A stretch of DNA of 63,823 nucleotides, counting the filler, from Chiloscyllium plagiosum (Eukaryota): assembly GCF_004010195.1 (NCBI RefSeq). It is 5 parts of one record of this genome, joined end to end, with 100 filler letters (N's around TTAATTAATTAA, not from the genome) between each part and the next. Parts side by side here need not be neighbours in the genome. Positions count along the whole stretch, not along the records: positions 50,793 to 61,262 come from NC_057717.1; positions 61,363 to 63,823 come from NC_057717.1; 3 more parts are not named here. One strand, 5' to 3'. The notes under the pieces were generated by a model, which was not told where the DNA came from, searched no databases, and saw only the letters and a program-made list of their open reading frames with translations. A program made the translations under genes and the position numbers. Numbering within the stretch: the first letter of the stretch is position 1; each line of letters opens with the position of its first letter. Positions 50,793-63,760 of the stretch are shown one piece after another.

Positions 50793-52208
50793 AATTACAA
50801 TTCGACAAATATTCATTCAGTCCCAGAGTTAAAAATGTTGGTTCATGGTTTGGGCAGCCTGATAACAAATAGTGAATGACTGAGGAACTCCGATACACAG
50901 AGTATTCCAGGTTTTATATTGCAGCTTACGTTAATACTGGCAGTATTATCAGACAAACTGTTGTGATAATTGCATGAGTTGATATGTGGAAATCGAACGT
51001 TTTTGCCATCACAGAGACATGTTCGAGAGGGGTCAGGGCTAACAACTCAACATTCTGTTGTACTGGAGTTATACGCAGGACAGGAGAGTGTGTTAAAAAG
51101 GAGGTGGTGTTGCGTTACGAATTAAGGAACAGTTACTGTAGTGAGGAGGGACAATACCTTGGACGTGACTTCAAATGAGGCTTTATGGGTCGAGGGTAGG
51201 GTCCAAACGATGACAGACACACTGCTGGGGATATTTTATAGAGCCCCAGAAAGATGAAAATGCAGGAAGCAAATAATAACCAATTCACTGAGGTGTGTAG
51301 AAACCAATTTACTGAGGTGTGAAATAAAGCAAGTCCGAAGATCTTACAGAGATAGGAAAGCATTCTGGAAATGTTAAAGAGACATGAAAGCAAGACCAGG
51401 GATGTTACAGAGATAGGAAAGCAAGGCTGGAGATGTTACAGAGATAGAAAAGCAAGTCCGGAGATGTAACAGAGATAGGAAAGCAAGGCTGAAGATCTTA
51501 CAGAGATAGGAAAGCAAGGAAATAGGTGTTACATCGATAGGAAAGCAAGGCTGGCGATGTTACAGAAAGAGAGGAAAGCAAGGCTGGATATCTTACAGAG
51601 ATAGGAAAGCAAAGCTGGAGATGTTATAGAGAGACGAAAGCAAGGCGAGAGATGCAACAGCGGTAGGAAAGAAAGGCTGGACATGTTACATTGAGAGGAT
51701 AGAAAGGATTGAAATGTTACAGGGAGAGAGGAAAGCAAGGCTGGAGATGTTATACTGATAGGAAAGCAAGGCTGGAAATGTAACAGAGATAGGAAAGCAA
51801 GACTGGAGGTATTACAGAAATAGTGTGGCCTGTACATGCCTGAACAGGTTAGTGAGATATTCTTGAACTCATTACAGGATATGGGGAAAGGTGAAGCAGC
51901 TGGAGTTGAGAGAAATAAGGAGCGGTGTAGGGGCTGGCGGAGTTTACAGTGATAGTTGGGGCTGTAGTATGATATAACGGTTGTAGTGATACGGAGGGTT
52001 ACTGAGATACAGAATGATGTAGCGGCTGGAGGAGATGACAGGGAAAGATCCAGAGATACATGTAGATAGTTTAAAAATGGAATAGTGCAATGTCTTAATA
52101 GAGAAAATGTTGCAGAAATCTGTGGAATAGAAAGGAACTGAAGGAGTGAGACCTTGGATTGTCCAATCACAAGAGTTATAGTATGTGTGTCATACAGCAC
52201 AGAAGAGG

Positions 52209-52952
52209 CCCTTCGATTGATAGTGACAGAAAAGTAAAAGCCCTGCAGAAACTGGAAATCCCTCCTTCCTCACACATGGGGGCTAGGGCTTAATGTGGGA
52301 GAGGCGTTCTACAGACTCCCCAAGCAACACTGTGATATAACGAAGCCTCACGTGTCAGATCAAACACTGACACGGAAACCTCCTGCTGACTCCCTACCCT
52401 CAACTGACGGATCAGTGTCCCTCTACATTGAACACTTAGAGTCGCACTGATAGAGTGAATGAGCTGGAGAATGTATACTGGGTGGGCTATTTCAAAATCA
52501 CCACCAAGAGGGGCTCAGCAGCAGCATTCCTGATCGAGATGGTCGTGTCCAAACGAACATAGCTGCGAGACTGGGTCTGCCCCTTCGATTGATAGTGACA
52601 GAAAAGTAAAAGCCCTGCAGATACTGGAAATCCCTCCTTCCTCACACACGGGGGCTAGGGCTTAATGTGGGAGAGGCGTTCTAAAGACTCCCCAAGCAAC
52701 ACTGTGATATAACGAAGCCTCACGTGTCAGATCAAACACTGACACGGAAACCTCCTGCTGACTCCCTTCCCTCAACTGACGGATCAGTGTCCCTCTACAT
52801 TGAACACTTAGAGTCGCACTGATAGAGTGAATGAGCTGGAGAATGTATACTGGGTGGGCTATTTCAAAATCACCACCAAGAGGGGCTCAGCAGCAGCATT
52901 CCTGATCGAGATGGTCGTGTCCAAACGAACATAGCTGCGAGACTGGGTCTGC
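52209..52952 (+). repeat. 372-bp near-perfect tandem duplication
   Basis: 52209-52580 vs 52581-52952, about 4 substitutions; single copy in the left arm. Confidence 0.9.
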
Positions 52953-54049
52953 GCCGGGTGGGGAGGGAACGTTGGACAGGGAGAAACATACTTGACCTCA
53001 TCTTCACCACGGCGGCGTAGACATTGATCGATGACCATATTGGGAACAATGACGACTGCACACAGTATTTCTGGAGACAAAGAGCCGTTGTGAATAGTGT
53101 GTGTGTGTACACACGTGAGCGCACTTGTGAGAGATACTATCCCCATGCGAAACGGGACAGATTTCGAAGAGATCTAGAACTCAGCACTGGCCTGTGTGAG
53201 CTGACTTGGTTCATTACCAACAGCAGCAGAATAGTACTCCAGCACAATTTTCACTGTAACTGCCTGGTATATGGTCCACTTTACCCTGATCATCAGGCCA
53301 GGGGATAAACCCTTGTTCAATGGAGAATACAGGAGGGCTGGCCAAGAGAGGCACCAAGTACATATCAAAATGAGGTGACATTACCAAACAGGACAACTTA
53401 CACACCAAAAAGCATAAATAGCTTATGACAGACAGATCTAACCAACAAATCTGACCTAATCTCTGCAATCCTGTCACATGCAGTCAGGTTGAATGGTGGT
53501 GTCAATCAAACAACTCACTGGAGGAAGAGGATCGCCATATATCACCTTCCTCAATGATGGAAGAGCCTAACACAACAGTAGAAAACTAAGGCTGAAACGA
53601 CCACAACACGTTCAGGCAGAAGTATCGATAGGCGGATCTATTTTAGTCTCCGCCAGATGGCAGTCTTCAGCTAATTCGATTCACTGTGCATGGTAATTCC
53701 AAACGGCAGGAGGGATGGGGAATGCAAAGGCTGTGGGCCCTGATAACATTCCATTCAAGCTGTTCCTGCTGGATGCAGCACTGGTATCGACCTGTCAATG
53801 TGGGAAACTATCCGGGTGTGTCCTGTACACACACAGACAAACCATCAGACAATCAATGACTGCCCCATTGCTCTCATCTCTATCATTAATAAAGGGATGG
53901 AAGATGTCACCCACAGTGGGATCAAGCAGCAACTTCTCAGCACAAACCTGCTGACTAATGCTCAGTTTGGGGTCTCATCCCTTGGGCTCATTGAAGCTTT
54001 GATTTAGTGATGTACAACAAGAGACTACGCAGCTGAATTCTAGAGGTGA

Positions 54050-55642
54050 CTGTCCTAACACCCCCAGTCCAGGAACTCCACACATACGTTCGAGACACCA
54101 CCCACGCCCCTCACGTCCTCCAAGACTTCCGTTTCCCCGGCCCTCAAAGCCATATCTTCACCATTGATATCCAATCCCTCTACACCTCCATCTGCCATGA
54201 CCAGGGCCTCCAAGCCCCCCGTTTTTCCTCTCCCGAAGTCCCCAAAACTACCTTTCCACGACACTCTCATTCGTTTGTCCGAACTGGTCCTCACCCTTAA
54301 CAATTTTTCCTTCGAATCCTCCCACTTCCTCCAGACCAAAGGGTAGCCATGGCAACCCGAATGGGCCCCAGCTATGCCTGTCTCTTTGTTGGCTGCATAG
54401 AGCAGTTGATCTTCTGTAATTACACCGGCACCACTTCTCACCTCTTCCCCCGCTACATTGATGACTGCATTGGCGCCACCTTGTGCTCCAGCGATGAGAT
54501 TGAGCAATTCATCAACTTCACCAACACATTCCACCCTGACGTTCAATTTTCCTGGACCATCTCTGACACCTCATTCCCCTTCCTGGAACTCTCCATCTCC
54601 ATTCATGACGACCGACTTGAGACCGACATTTTTAACAAACCCACTGACACCCATAGCTACCTGGATTACACCGCTTCTCACCTTACCTCTTGCAAAAATG
54701 CATCCCGTATTCCCAATTACTCCACCTCCGCCATATCTGCTCCCAGGAAGACCGGTTCCACCACAGTACACACCCAGATGGCCTCCTTCTTTAGAGACTG
54801 CAATTTCCCTTCCCACGTGGTTAAAGATGCCTTCCAACGCATCTCGACAACATCCCGCACCTCCGCACTCAGACCCCACCCCTCCAACCGTAACAAGGAC
54901 AGAACGCCCCTGATGCTCACCTTCCACCCTCCAAACCTTCGCATAAACCAAATCATCCACCGACATTTCTGCCACATCCAAACAGACCCCACCACCAGGA
55001 TATATTTCCCTCCCCACCCCTTTTTGCCTTCGACAAAAACCGTTCTCTCCATGACCACCTGGTCAGGTCCACGCCCCCTTACAACTCACCCTCCCGTTTT
55101 GGCACCTTCCACTGCCACCGCAGGAATTGCAAAACCTGCGTCCACACCTCCTCCCTCACCTCCATCCAAGGCCCTAAAGGAGCCTTCCACATCCAAAGTT
55201 TTACCTGCACATCCAACAAAATCATTTATTGTATACGTTGTTCCCGATGCAGTCTCCTCTACATTGGGGAGACTGGACGCCTCCTAGCAGAGCGCTTTAG
55301 GGAATATCTCTGGGACACCCTCACCAATCAACCCCAACATTTCAACTGTCCCTCTCACTCTGCCGAGGACATGGAGGTCCTGGGCCTCCTTCACCACTGC
55401 TCGCTCACCACCAGATGCCTAGAGGAAGAACGCCTCATCTTCTGCCTCAGGGCATCAATGTGGACTTCAACAGTTTCCTCATTTCCCTTTCCCCCACATC
55501 ACCCTAATGCCAAACTTCCAGCTCAGCATTGTCCCCATGACTTATCCTACCTGCCTATCTTAGATTAGATTAGATTACATTACAGTGTGGAAACAGGCCC
55601 TTCAGCCCAACAAGTCCACACCGACCTGCCGAAGCGCAACCC

Positions 55643-55711
<69 letters not shown>

Positions 55712-56162
55712 TAACACTACGGGCAATTTAGCATGGCCAATTCACCTGACCTGCACATCTTTGGATTGTGAGAGGAAACCGGAGCACCCGGAGGAAACCC
55801 ACGAAGACACGGGGAGAACGTGCAAACTCCACACAGTCAGTCGCCTGAGACGGGAATTGAACCCGGGTATACAGGCACTGTGAGGCTGCAGTGCTAACCA
55901 CTGCGCCACCATGCCGCCTACACGGCACCTATCTTTTAAACCTATCCACTCTACCCTTCCCACCGACCTCATCCCCTCCCCCACTCACCTATTGTACTCT
56001 ATGCTACTTTTTCCCCACCTCCACCCTCCTCTAACTCATCTCTCCTCCCTTCAGGCTCTCTGCCTGTATTCCCGATGAAGGGCTTTTGCCCAATACGTCG
56101 ATTTTAATGTTCCTCGTATGCTGCCTGAACTGTTGTGCTCTTCCAGCACCACTAATCCAGAA
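54050..56162 (+). mobile_element. 5'-truncated Penelope-like element (family 1), present in the right arm only
   Basis: MATRMGPSYA, RYIDD, LDYTASH, GIY-YIG remnant, pLTR; flanked by GTGA; empty site at ~34935-34945. Confidence 0.95.
55562..55927 (-). mobile_element. HE1-type SINE inserted in the PLE, 8-bp TSD, internal (CCCATA)11
   Basis: cctatctt at 55554-55561 and 55928-55935; microsatellite at 55644-55709. Confidence 0.9.
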
Positions 56163-59100
56163 GTGAGGCAATCGTGACTGCACTTCACCTCACCATAACT
56201 GCATTTGACCAAGTGTCGAATCCAGGATTAACGTCAAAACTGGAGCAAATAGGAATCGTTGCACTGGCTGAAGTTATACCTGGGACAAAGGAAGGTGGCT
56301 GGGGTTGGTGGAGATCAACCATTTCTGCTCCAGGACAGCTACGCAGCAGTTCACCTGTGTTGGTGTTTGAGTAAGCCTGTAGGTCATAAATGGAAAGGTA
56401 AGGCATAATACCCATACAGGATGATAGGGCTGCTCTCTCGTTCGACAGAGAAGAATGGTAGTAGTTTACCTGGACAGTCATCATGCCACAAGTGAGGTAG
56501 AGGTTGGATCGGAGAGCCCTTTTCAGTCACCTCAGTCAGTGCAGAGTTGACCCACACTGTTGGTATTAATCTGCATTACAAACTAACCGTACAATTAATT
56601 AAGGTAACCAAGTCCTCACTCAGCTCCTTGTGGTAGATATTATAATATTATTCCATTCAGATATGTTGTTGGACACCTCTGGAGCAGGAGGAACTAGAAG
56701 CAAGCTTCCTAGCTCAGAGAGAGGGACAGCATCAGTGAGCTGTAAGAGTGCTCTCTGCCCTAGGCCCAATAATTTTCAGCTGCTTCATAAATGACTGTAA
56801 AATCACAACTGGGGATGTTTGCCAATGATTGCACAGTATTCAACACCATTCGTGATTTACTCAAATACTGAAGCAGTCCTTGTCCAAATGTACCAGGACC
56901 TGGAAATATGCAGGTGTGTGCTTAACAGTGACAATACCATTTCCATTACACATGTGCCAGACAATGATTACTTCTAACAATGGAAAATTGAATCACAGCC
57001 TCGAACTTTCAATGCCACCACCATAACTGAACACACACCANNNNNNNNNNNNNNNNNNNNNNNNNNNNNNNNNNNNNNNNNNNNNNNNNNNNNNNNNNNN
57101 NNNNNNNNNNNNNNNNNNNNNNNNNNNNNNNNNNNNNNNNNNNNNNNNNNNNNNNNNNNNNNNNNNNNNNNNNNNNNNNNNNNNNNNNNNNNNNNNNNNN
57201 NNNNNNNNNNNNNNNNNNNNNNNNNNNNNNNNNNNNNNNNNNNNNNNNNNNNNNNNNNNNNNNNNNNNNNNNNNNNNNNNNNNNNNNNNNNNNNNNNNNN
57301 NNNNNNNNNNNNNNNNNNNNNNNNNNNNNNNNNNNNNNNNNNNNNNNNNNNNNNNNNNNNNNNNNNNNNNNNNNNNNNNNNNNNNNNNNNNNNNNNNNNN
57401 NNNNNNNNNNNNNNNNNNNNNNNNNNNNNNNNNNNNNNNNNNNNNNNNNNNNNNNNNNNNNNNNNNNNNNNNNNNNNNNNNNNNNNNNNNNNNNNNNNNN
57501 NNNNNNNNNNNNNNNNNNNNNNNNNNNNNNNNNNNNNNNNNNNNNNNNNNNNNNNNNNNNNNNNNNNNNNNNNNNNNNNNNNNNNNNNNNNNNNNNNNNN
57601 NNNNNNNNNNNNNNNNNNNNNNNNNNNNNNNNNNNNNNNNNNNNNNNNNNNNNNNNNNNNNNNNNNNNNNNNNNNNNNNNNNNNNNNNNNNNNNNNNNNN
57701 NNNNNNNNNNNNNNNNNNNNNNNNNNNNNNNNNNNNNNNNNNNNNNNNNNNNNNNNNNNNNNNNNNNNNNNNNNNNNNNNNNNNNNNNNNNNNNNNNNNN
57801 NNNNNNNNNNNNNNNNNNNNNNNNNNNNNNNNNNNNNNNNNNNNNNNNNNNNNNNNNNNNNNNNNNNNNNNNNNNNNNNNNNNNNNNNNNNNNNNNNNNN
57901 NNNNNNNNNNNNNNNNNNNNNNNNNNNNNNNNNNNNNNNNNNNNNNNNNNNNNNNNNNNNNNNNNNNNNNNNNNNNNNNNNNNNNNNNNNNNNNNNNNNN
58001 NNNNGCAGATGCTGGAGATCAGAGCTGAAAATGTGTTGCTGGAAAAGTGCAGCAGGTCAGTCAGCATCCAAGCAGCAGGAGAATCGATGTTTTGGGCATG
58101 AGCCCTTCTTCAGGAATGAAGAAAGCGTCCCAAGCAGGCTAAGATAAAAGGTTTGATTTCATCACCCATTCCTGTGAAGGGCTTATGCTAAAACATAGAC
58201 TCTCCTGTACTTCAGATGCTGTCTGACCTGTTTTGCTTTTCCAGCGCCACATTTTGACGCATATAAATTCATTGGCTACAAGAATATGTCAGAGGCGAGA
58301 AATTCTGCAGGAATACCTCACCTCAAAATTCGCAAAGGTCTGTTCCCTCTTGCAGGACACATGTTGAATGTGTGTGTGATTAAATACTTCCAATTGCCTG
58401 TGTGAGTGCAGCTTCAGCCCTCATCCACTGACGCTCAGTAGCAGCAATTCCTTCAATCTAAACGGTGCTTTGCAGAAAGTTACCAAGGCTCCTTACAACG
58501 TACCTCTGAACCCCGGACCATCAAGAATTATAAGGGAAGCAGATACACGGGACTCCCAGCATGTTCGCGTTCTGTTCTAAGCCATCTACCATCCTGATTG
58601 GGGAGTTTATTGCTGTTCCTTCAGTGTCACTGTATCAAGTTCCCTATCTATCAATAAATGACGTCCCAATCACATTTTATGAATAACTTAACATAAAAAA
58701 AAATTGTCTCGACCTGTTCAATGCTGGACACTGTGTTTTGGGTTTTGTGAGCTCAGGCTGGTTAATCCAGGCAGTACCTTGCTTGTTGTGAACAGCTGAA
58801 GGTGATATGCTGTTTGAAAAAAATCTGTCAATCTCTCAGACGCATGGCCTACATACTGAGCACCACAGATACTGGCATTCTCATCCCACATTACTGAACT
58901 CTGAGATAGAAAGAAGCAACTGAAAACGTATTCATATCTGACTGGAACATGTTGAAACACACAGTGACATTGTTGCCGTGAAAATCATTATGAATGAATA
59001 TTAGCAGGGAGAAAGAGAGGACTGCAAATGCTGGAGATCAGAGTCAAAAAGTGTGGTTCTGAAAAAAAAATCTCAGACGTTCATGCAGCATCTGAGGAGC

Positions 59101-60301
59101 AGGAGAATCGACTATTAGTTAACAATAATAATACAAGGGAAAATAGTTGTATACTTTCAAAGTCCTTAATAATAACTTGGTCTTGGGTGTGGCAATGAGA
59201 CTTATCATTTCAATGCTACTGACTTGAGTTTTTATCATATGGTTATTATAACAGTGTACTGAATAAATGGGTGGATTTTGTGCTTATTAGACAATCTAAA
59301 AGTTGGTATTATGAAAGGTTATCGGACCTTCAGTAAAGAGACTTTACTTAATGGCTGTTAACGGTTATAACAATGCTGCAAACATTTACACAGAGATTTC
59401 CAGCTCAAGTCACACACAAGGTTGTTGGGCTGGGATCATACTAGCCATCAATGGAGCTGCACAACTCGGTTTGGATATTGACATTGTAGGGCGAACATAC
59501 ACTGGATATGATTTCTGTGAGATTCCATGCAAGATGCCATGTGTTGCAAGAACCCATCGCCTTTATCACACATTCATTCAGGATCGGGTCCCAGATGAAG
59601 AATTACAGAGTTTAGGTGGCACACAAGAGGAGATATACTTGCAATACATGCCTGTTACTAAATATTGCACTGTCTCTGGACCAGCGCCATGTGCTAGTCC
59701 ATTGACCAGTCTGCCCCAGACACATCACCCTGTTGTTCAGGTATGTCTCTAACCAGTCTATTGTGAGGGATTGTGAGAGTAACTGGCCAGCTCCAGTTTG
59801 GACACCCTCTGGACAGATTTTGAAGATGGTCAGTGTTTTGGAGGCCGTGGTGAGGGCCAGTAACACTGTGTTTGAATTCAGGCTTTTCCTCAAAGTCAAT
59901 TTCAACAGCTTTGCGGCCAGCAAGATGGTGGGTTCACTGATCTGAACATGAATCGGCTGTTTACTACAGTCACTGAATTATGTAATAGTTAGCTGTGCAC
60001 TCTGGTAATTCAATTATTGTTCACTTCAATTGTTTTCAACTGAAAAACAATGGCATTTGGTTTATTTTAAAATATGCAAGAAATAAAGTGCTATTAACTC
60101 TTCATTACAGAAAATGTGAAAGTGACCTGGTATATAATTCCCATAGATAAATCAAGCAACAACCAGATATTATCTGTAAAGCAGGATTCCGTGAACAGGC
60201 CAATGTCCCAGATTATATCACCACCCTCTCTGGTAGGTTCAGTCCCACTGACGGGACACAGCCAGGCAGAGGGGGACACCTCCTTGGTATATAGTCAATG
60301 C

Positions 60302-60588
60302 AGGGTGGCACGGTGGCTCAGTGGTTAGCACTGCTGCCTCATAGCAGCAGGATCCCAGGTTTGATTCCAACATCAGGCAACTGCCTGTGTGGAGCTTGCA
60401 CATTTTCCCGTGTCTGCGTGGGTTTCTTCCCACAGTCCAAAGATGTGCAGCTCAGGTGAATTGGCCATGGTAAACTGCCCATAGTGTTCAGTGCATTATT
60501 CAGAAAGGTGTGTGTTGCTCTTCGGAGGGTCGGTTTGGACTGGTTGGGCCGAAGGGCCTGTTACCAGACTGTAGGGAATCTAATCTAA
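60302..60588 (+). mobile_element. HE1/V-SINE-type SINE
   Basis: ggtggcacggtggctcagtggttagcactgctgcctc head; (aatct)n tail. Confidence 0.9.
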
Positions 60589-61262
60589 TGATAGTGATCA
60601 GCATTGATGCTGGCTTTTGTGGCTGCTAGACTGCTCTGTGGCAGATTATGGGGAAATCAATAAAAGGGAAATATATAACTGACCGCATCGCCACCGATCT
60701 GCCAGCTGCAGATACACCTCTCCACTTCGAATATCAGTAAGAAAGGTCACTGCATAATGGGGAGCAAGGGCTACCTTCACATTTTGCGGTCCCTCCTCAC
60801 CATGATATGTAGCCCTTTGAGTACTGAATGGGACAGAATTTAAACAGATTGAATAACTAATGATGCTGCTGCCACGAGGTGCAGAGGGCCATCGACAGCA
60901 GCAGAATCATAGTTTGTACAGCTCATACAGTCTGTAACCTCACAGCCAGACATACCTCCCACTGTACAGTAACCATCACGGCCCCGCATACCTCCCACTA
61001 TACAGTAACCATCACAGCCCGAAATTCCTCCCACTATTCAGTAACCATCACGGCCTGACATACCTCCCACTGTAAAGTAACCAACACGACCCCACATAAC
61101 TCCCACTGTACAGTAACCATCACAGTCCGACATACCTCCCTCTGTACAGTAACCATCACAGACTGACATACCTCCCACTGTACAGTAACCATAACGGCCC
61201 GACATACCGCCCACTGTGCAGTAACCATCACGGCCCGACATACATCCCACTGTACAGTAACC

Positions 61263-61362
61263 NNNNNNNNNNNNNNNNNNNNNNNNNNNNNNNNNNNNNN
61301 NNNNNNTTAATTAATTAANNNNNNNNNNNNNNNNNNNNNNNNNNNNNNNNNNNNNNNNNNNN
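61263..61362. other. Artificial scaffolding linker N44-TTAATTAATTAA-N44
   Basis: Same construct as the other three linkers. Confidence 0.95.
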
Positions 61363-62345
61363 CGTATGGAGTCAGCTATTACGAGGGGGCATAGCTTTAA
61401 ATTAAGGGGGGGTAGATAAAGGACTGAAGTTATGGGTAGGTTCTTCACTCAGCGAGTCGTAAGTTCATGGAATGCCCTGCCAGTAGCAGTTGTGGACTCT
61501 CCCTCTTTATGGGCATTTAAGCGGGCATTGGATAGGTATATGGAGGATAGTGGATTAGTATAGGTTAGGTGGGCTTGGATCGGCGCAACATCGAGGGCCA
61601 AAGGGCCTGTACTGCGCTGTATTCTTCTATGTTCTATGTTCTATCCGAAGGGATCTTGGTGTACAGCTCCACAGTTCCCTGAAAGTGGCAACACGGTTGG
61701 AGAGGGTGATCAAGACGTCTGACGGCAAACTTGCAGACATGCATCGGAGCATGCAGTATGAAAATTGACAGGTCATAGTGCAGTTGTAGAGAAACCTAAT
61801 TCGAGGTACATTTAGAATATTGTGTATAGTACTGGTTGCCACACGATGTTGAAGTGTTGGAGAGGGTTTGGAAAAGTTTTACCAGCATGTTGTCTGGTTT
61901 GGAGAGTATTAGCCAGAAGGAGAAATTGAAAATTCGTGGTTTGTTTGCACCTGGGCAAAATTGGCTATGGGGCTACCTGATAGATACTTACAAAATTATC
62001 AGAGGCAGAGATAGAAGGACAGTTGGAGGCTTTTTCCCAGAGTAGAAGTATCAATTACTCAGGATCGTAGGTTTTAGGTAAAAGGGAGAAAGTTCAGGAG
62101 ATGTGATAGATAAGAATTTTTTTGCTGTTCCAGACGGAATGTGAAAGTGCCTGGAATGCACTGAAAGAGGGGAAGAAGCCAATATAGCAAGGTTTAAGAG
62201 GGATCTTGGCACAAGTATGAGTAAGTAGGGAATAGAATGGCATAGAAGGTATCGGAGCAAAAACTTTTGTTTTAAGTTTGGAATGGCATCATGTGTCAGT
62301 GCGGGCTTGCTGGGCTGAAGGGCCTGTTCCTGTACTGGACTGTTC
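61363..62345 (+). mobile_element. Two CR1 3' fragments (a younger one ending in (ttctatg)n at ~61642, then an older one)
   Basis: FFTQRVVSSWNALP...; DVEVLERVWKSFTSML; CR1 tails. Confidence 0.85.
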
Positions 62346-62746
62346 TTTAAGAAAACATTTGAGCGCGGGAGTGGCGCGATGCTGACTGAATGATGACTGA
62401 TGATCAACAGCCGCATTATTGTGGATTTCCCCCCTCCCCCGCCATCAACTTGCAGCTTTATATCTTCCCCCACTGAGGGGAAACTCAATATTGAGAATTT
62501 GACATGAACGTCAGACCTGGTACCTGGTGACTCCATCTCGCCGCTCGCTCCTGCAGACTTCTATCCTGAACACCAACATCTGGGGGAACACTGCATGGAC
62601 AGAAGCGACATGTATTCCACATCCACCAATGCTGGGATCTGTCACATGCCAGCTTCACCATGCCATCCCAGCACATCTCCGACCTACAGACAGTATGCTT
62701 CTATACTTCAATGCTGCAGCTCAGGGTGCACTGACAACTCTCATTG

Positions 62747-63016
62747 CAATGCTGCTGCAAGGACACGGTGCTCAGGGACACACACCCAGCTCATAGACTG
62801 TCTCTTTGGGCTGCTCACTCTGTGTTTGCACACACTCAATGCTGCTGCAAGGATACTGTGCTCAGGGACACACACCCAGCTCATGGCCTGTCCCTCTGGG
62901 CTGCTCACTTCGTGTTTGTACACGCTCAATTTGGCTGCAAGGACACTGTGCTCAGGAACACCCACCCAGCTCATGGATTGGCCCTCTGGGCTGCACATTC
63001 CGTTTTTGTACACTCA
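62747..63016 (+). repeat. 90-bp tandem repeat, 3 copies
   Basis: Units start at 62747, 62837 and 62927 (caatgctgctgcaaggacac...). Confidence 0.9.
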
Positions 63017-63284
63017 CTTTGAGCGGTTTTGAATGCTCACAGAATTATTGCCTTGTCTCACCCTGCCCTCAACAATGTTTCCCCTCAGCTAGAGCTACCA
63101 GGCTCACCCGCCTGCTGTATTGCCTTAATGTTTAGCACAGACACAAACCGAGAAAGCTGAATATCTTTGTCCATAATCAGTCATAGTGCCCAGCACACTG
63201 AGTCAAGACGAGTCTCAGATCCCAGTCAGGGAGCTTGGACACGGTCAGTCAGCCTCTCGTGGTTGTTCGGGTCAGGATACTTCC

Positions 63285-63760
63285 CCTGTGAAGGGGTAAG
63301 GAGCTGAATGTTGGGCAGTCTCATACCGCTCTTGGCTCTATCTGCCCTATTGTGGGATAGTTCCTCCTGGAATGAGAGAATTATCAAGAGGTATTAGGGA
63401 GATAGAAGTGGTTGGTACAGCTGTTAGTGCTGGGACAGCTGAGGGAAAGGTGGGGAGGTGTCGTGAGTGAGTGGGCAGCACAGACACCAGCAGAGCTGGC
63501 GAGCGGGACAAAGAAGAGGTTAGAGAGAAACCGAGAGAAGGTGCTGCATTCAGTGAGAGTAGGAGAACATGAGTCTTGGTGGGAGGTGGGTGCAGTAACA
63601 GGGAGAGAGAGGGCAAGGTCACAAAGTTCAGATGGTGGCAATTACCCTGGTCACTGACGTCCTTCCTACACTGATGGGCATTCACCCAGAAGGCTGGCAC
63701 CTCACTGACCCACTGGTCAATCTCAGACATGCTAGCAGGTCTGGTGTCATGGATTCCACT
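63285..63760 (-). pseudogene. Decayed two-exon Myb/SANT-like (trihelix) gene of Harbinger-transposon type
   Basis: Exon A (~63760-63646): SEIDQWVSEV...NAHQCRKDVSD, then GT donor. Exon B from 63366, after acceptor ctctcattccag: EELSHNRADRAKSGMRLPNIQLLTP (cf. W.EIA..V....R...QCRK..ND / K.AHNRRE..TGGG.P....LTP). Confidence 0.6.

Larger units (their letters stand above)
50793..61262 (-). repeat. Right arm of inverted segmental duplication
   Basis: Reverse complement of 30787-37830 plus arm-specific insertions; bounded on both sides by linkers. Confidence 0.9.

Noticed and set aside
54349..55287. Intact 312-aa RT gene
   Set aside because: It is part of a 5'-truncated PLE with an upstream stop and internal frameshifts.
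55644..55709. Interstitial telomere
   Set aside because: The unit is TATGGG, not TTAGGG, and it grew from the SINE's own cccatacc sequence.
59351..59752. 133-aa ORF as a host or viral gene
   Set aside because: It is antisense to a fossil RT, and the paralogous frame in the left arm has several stops.
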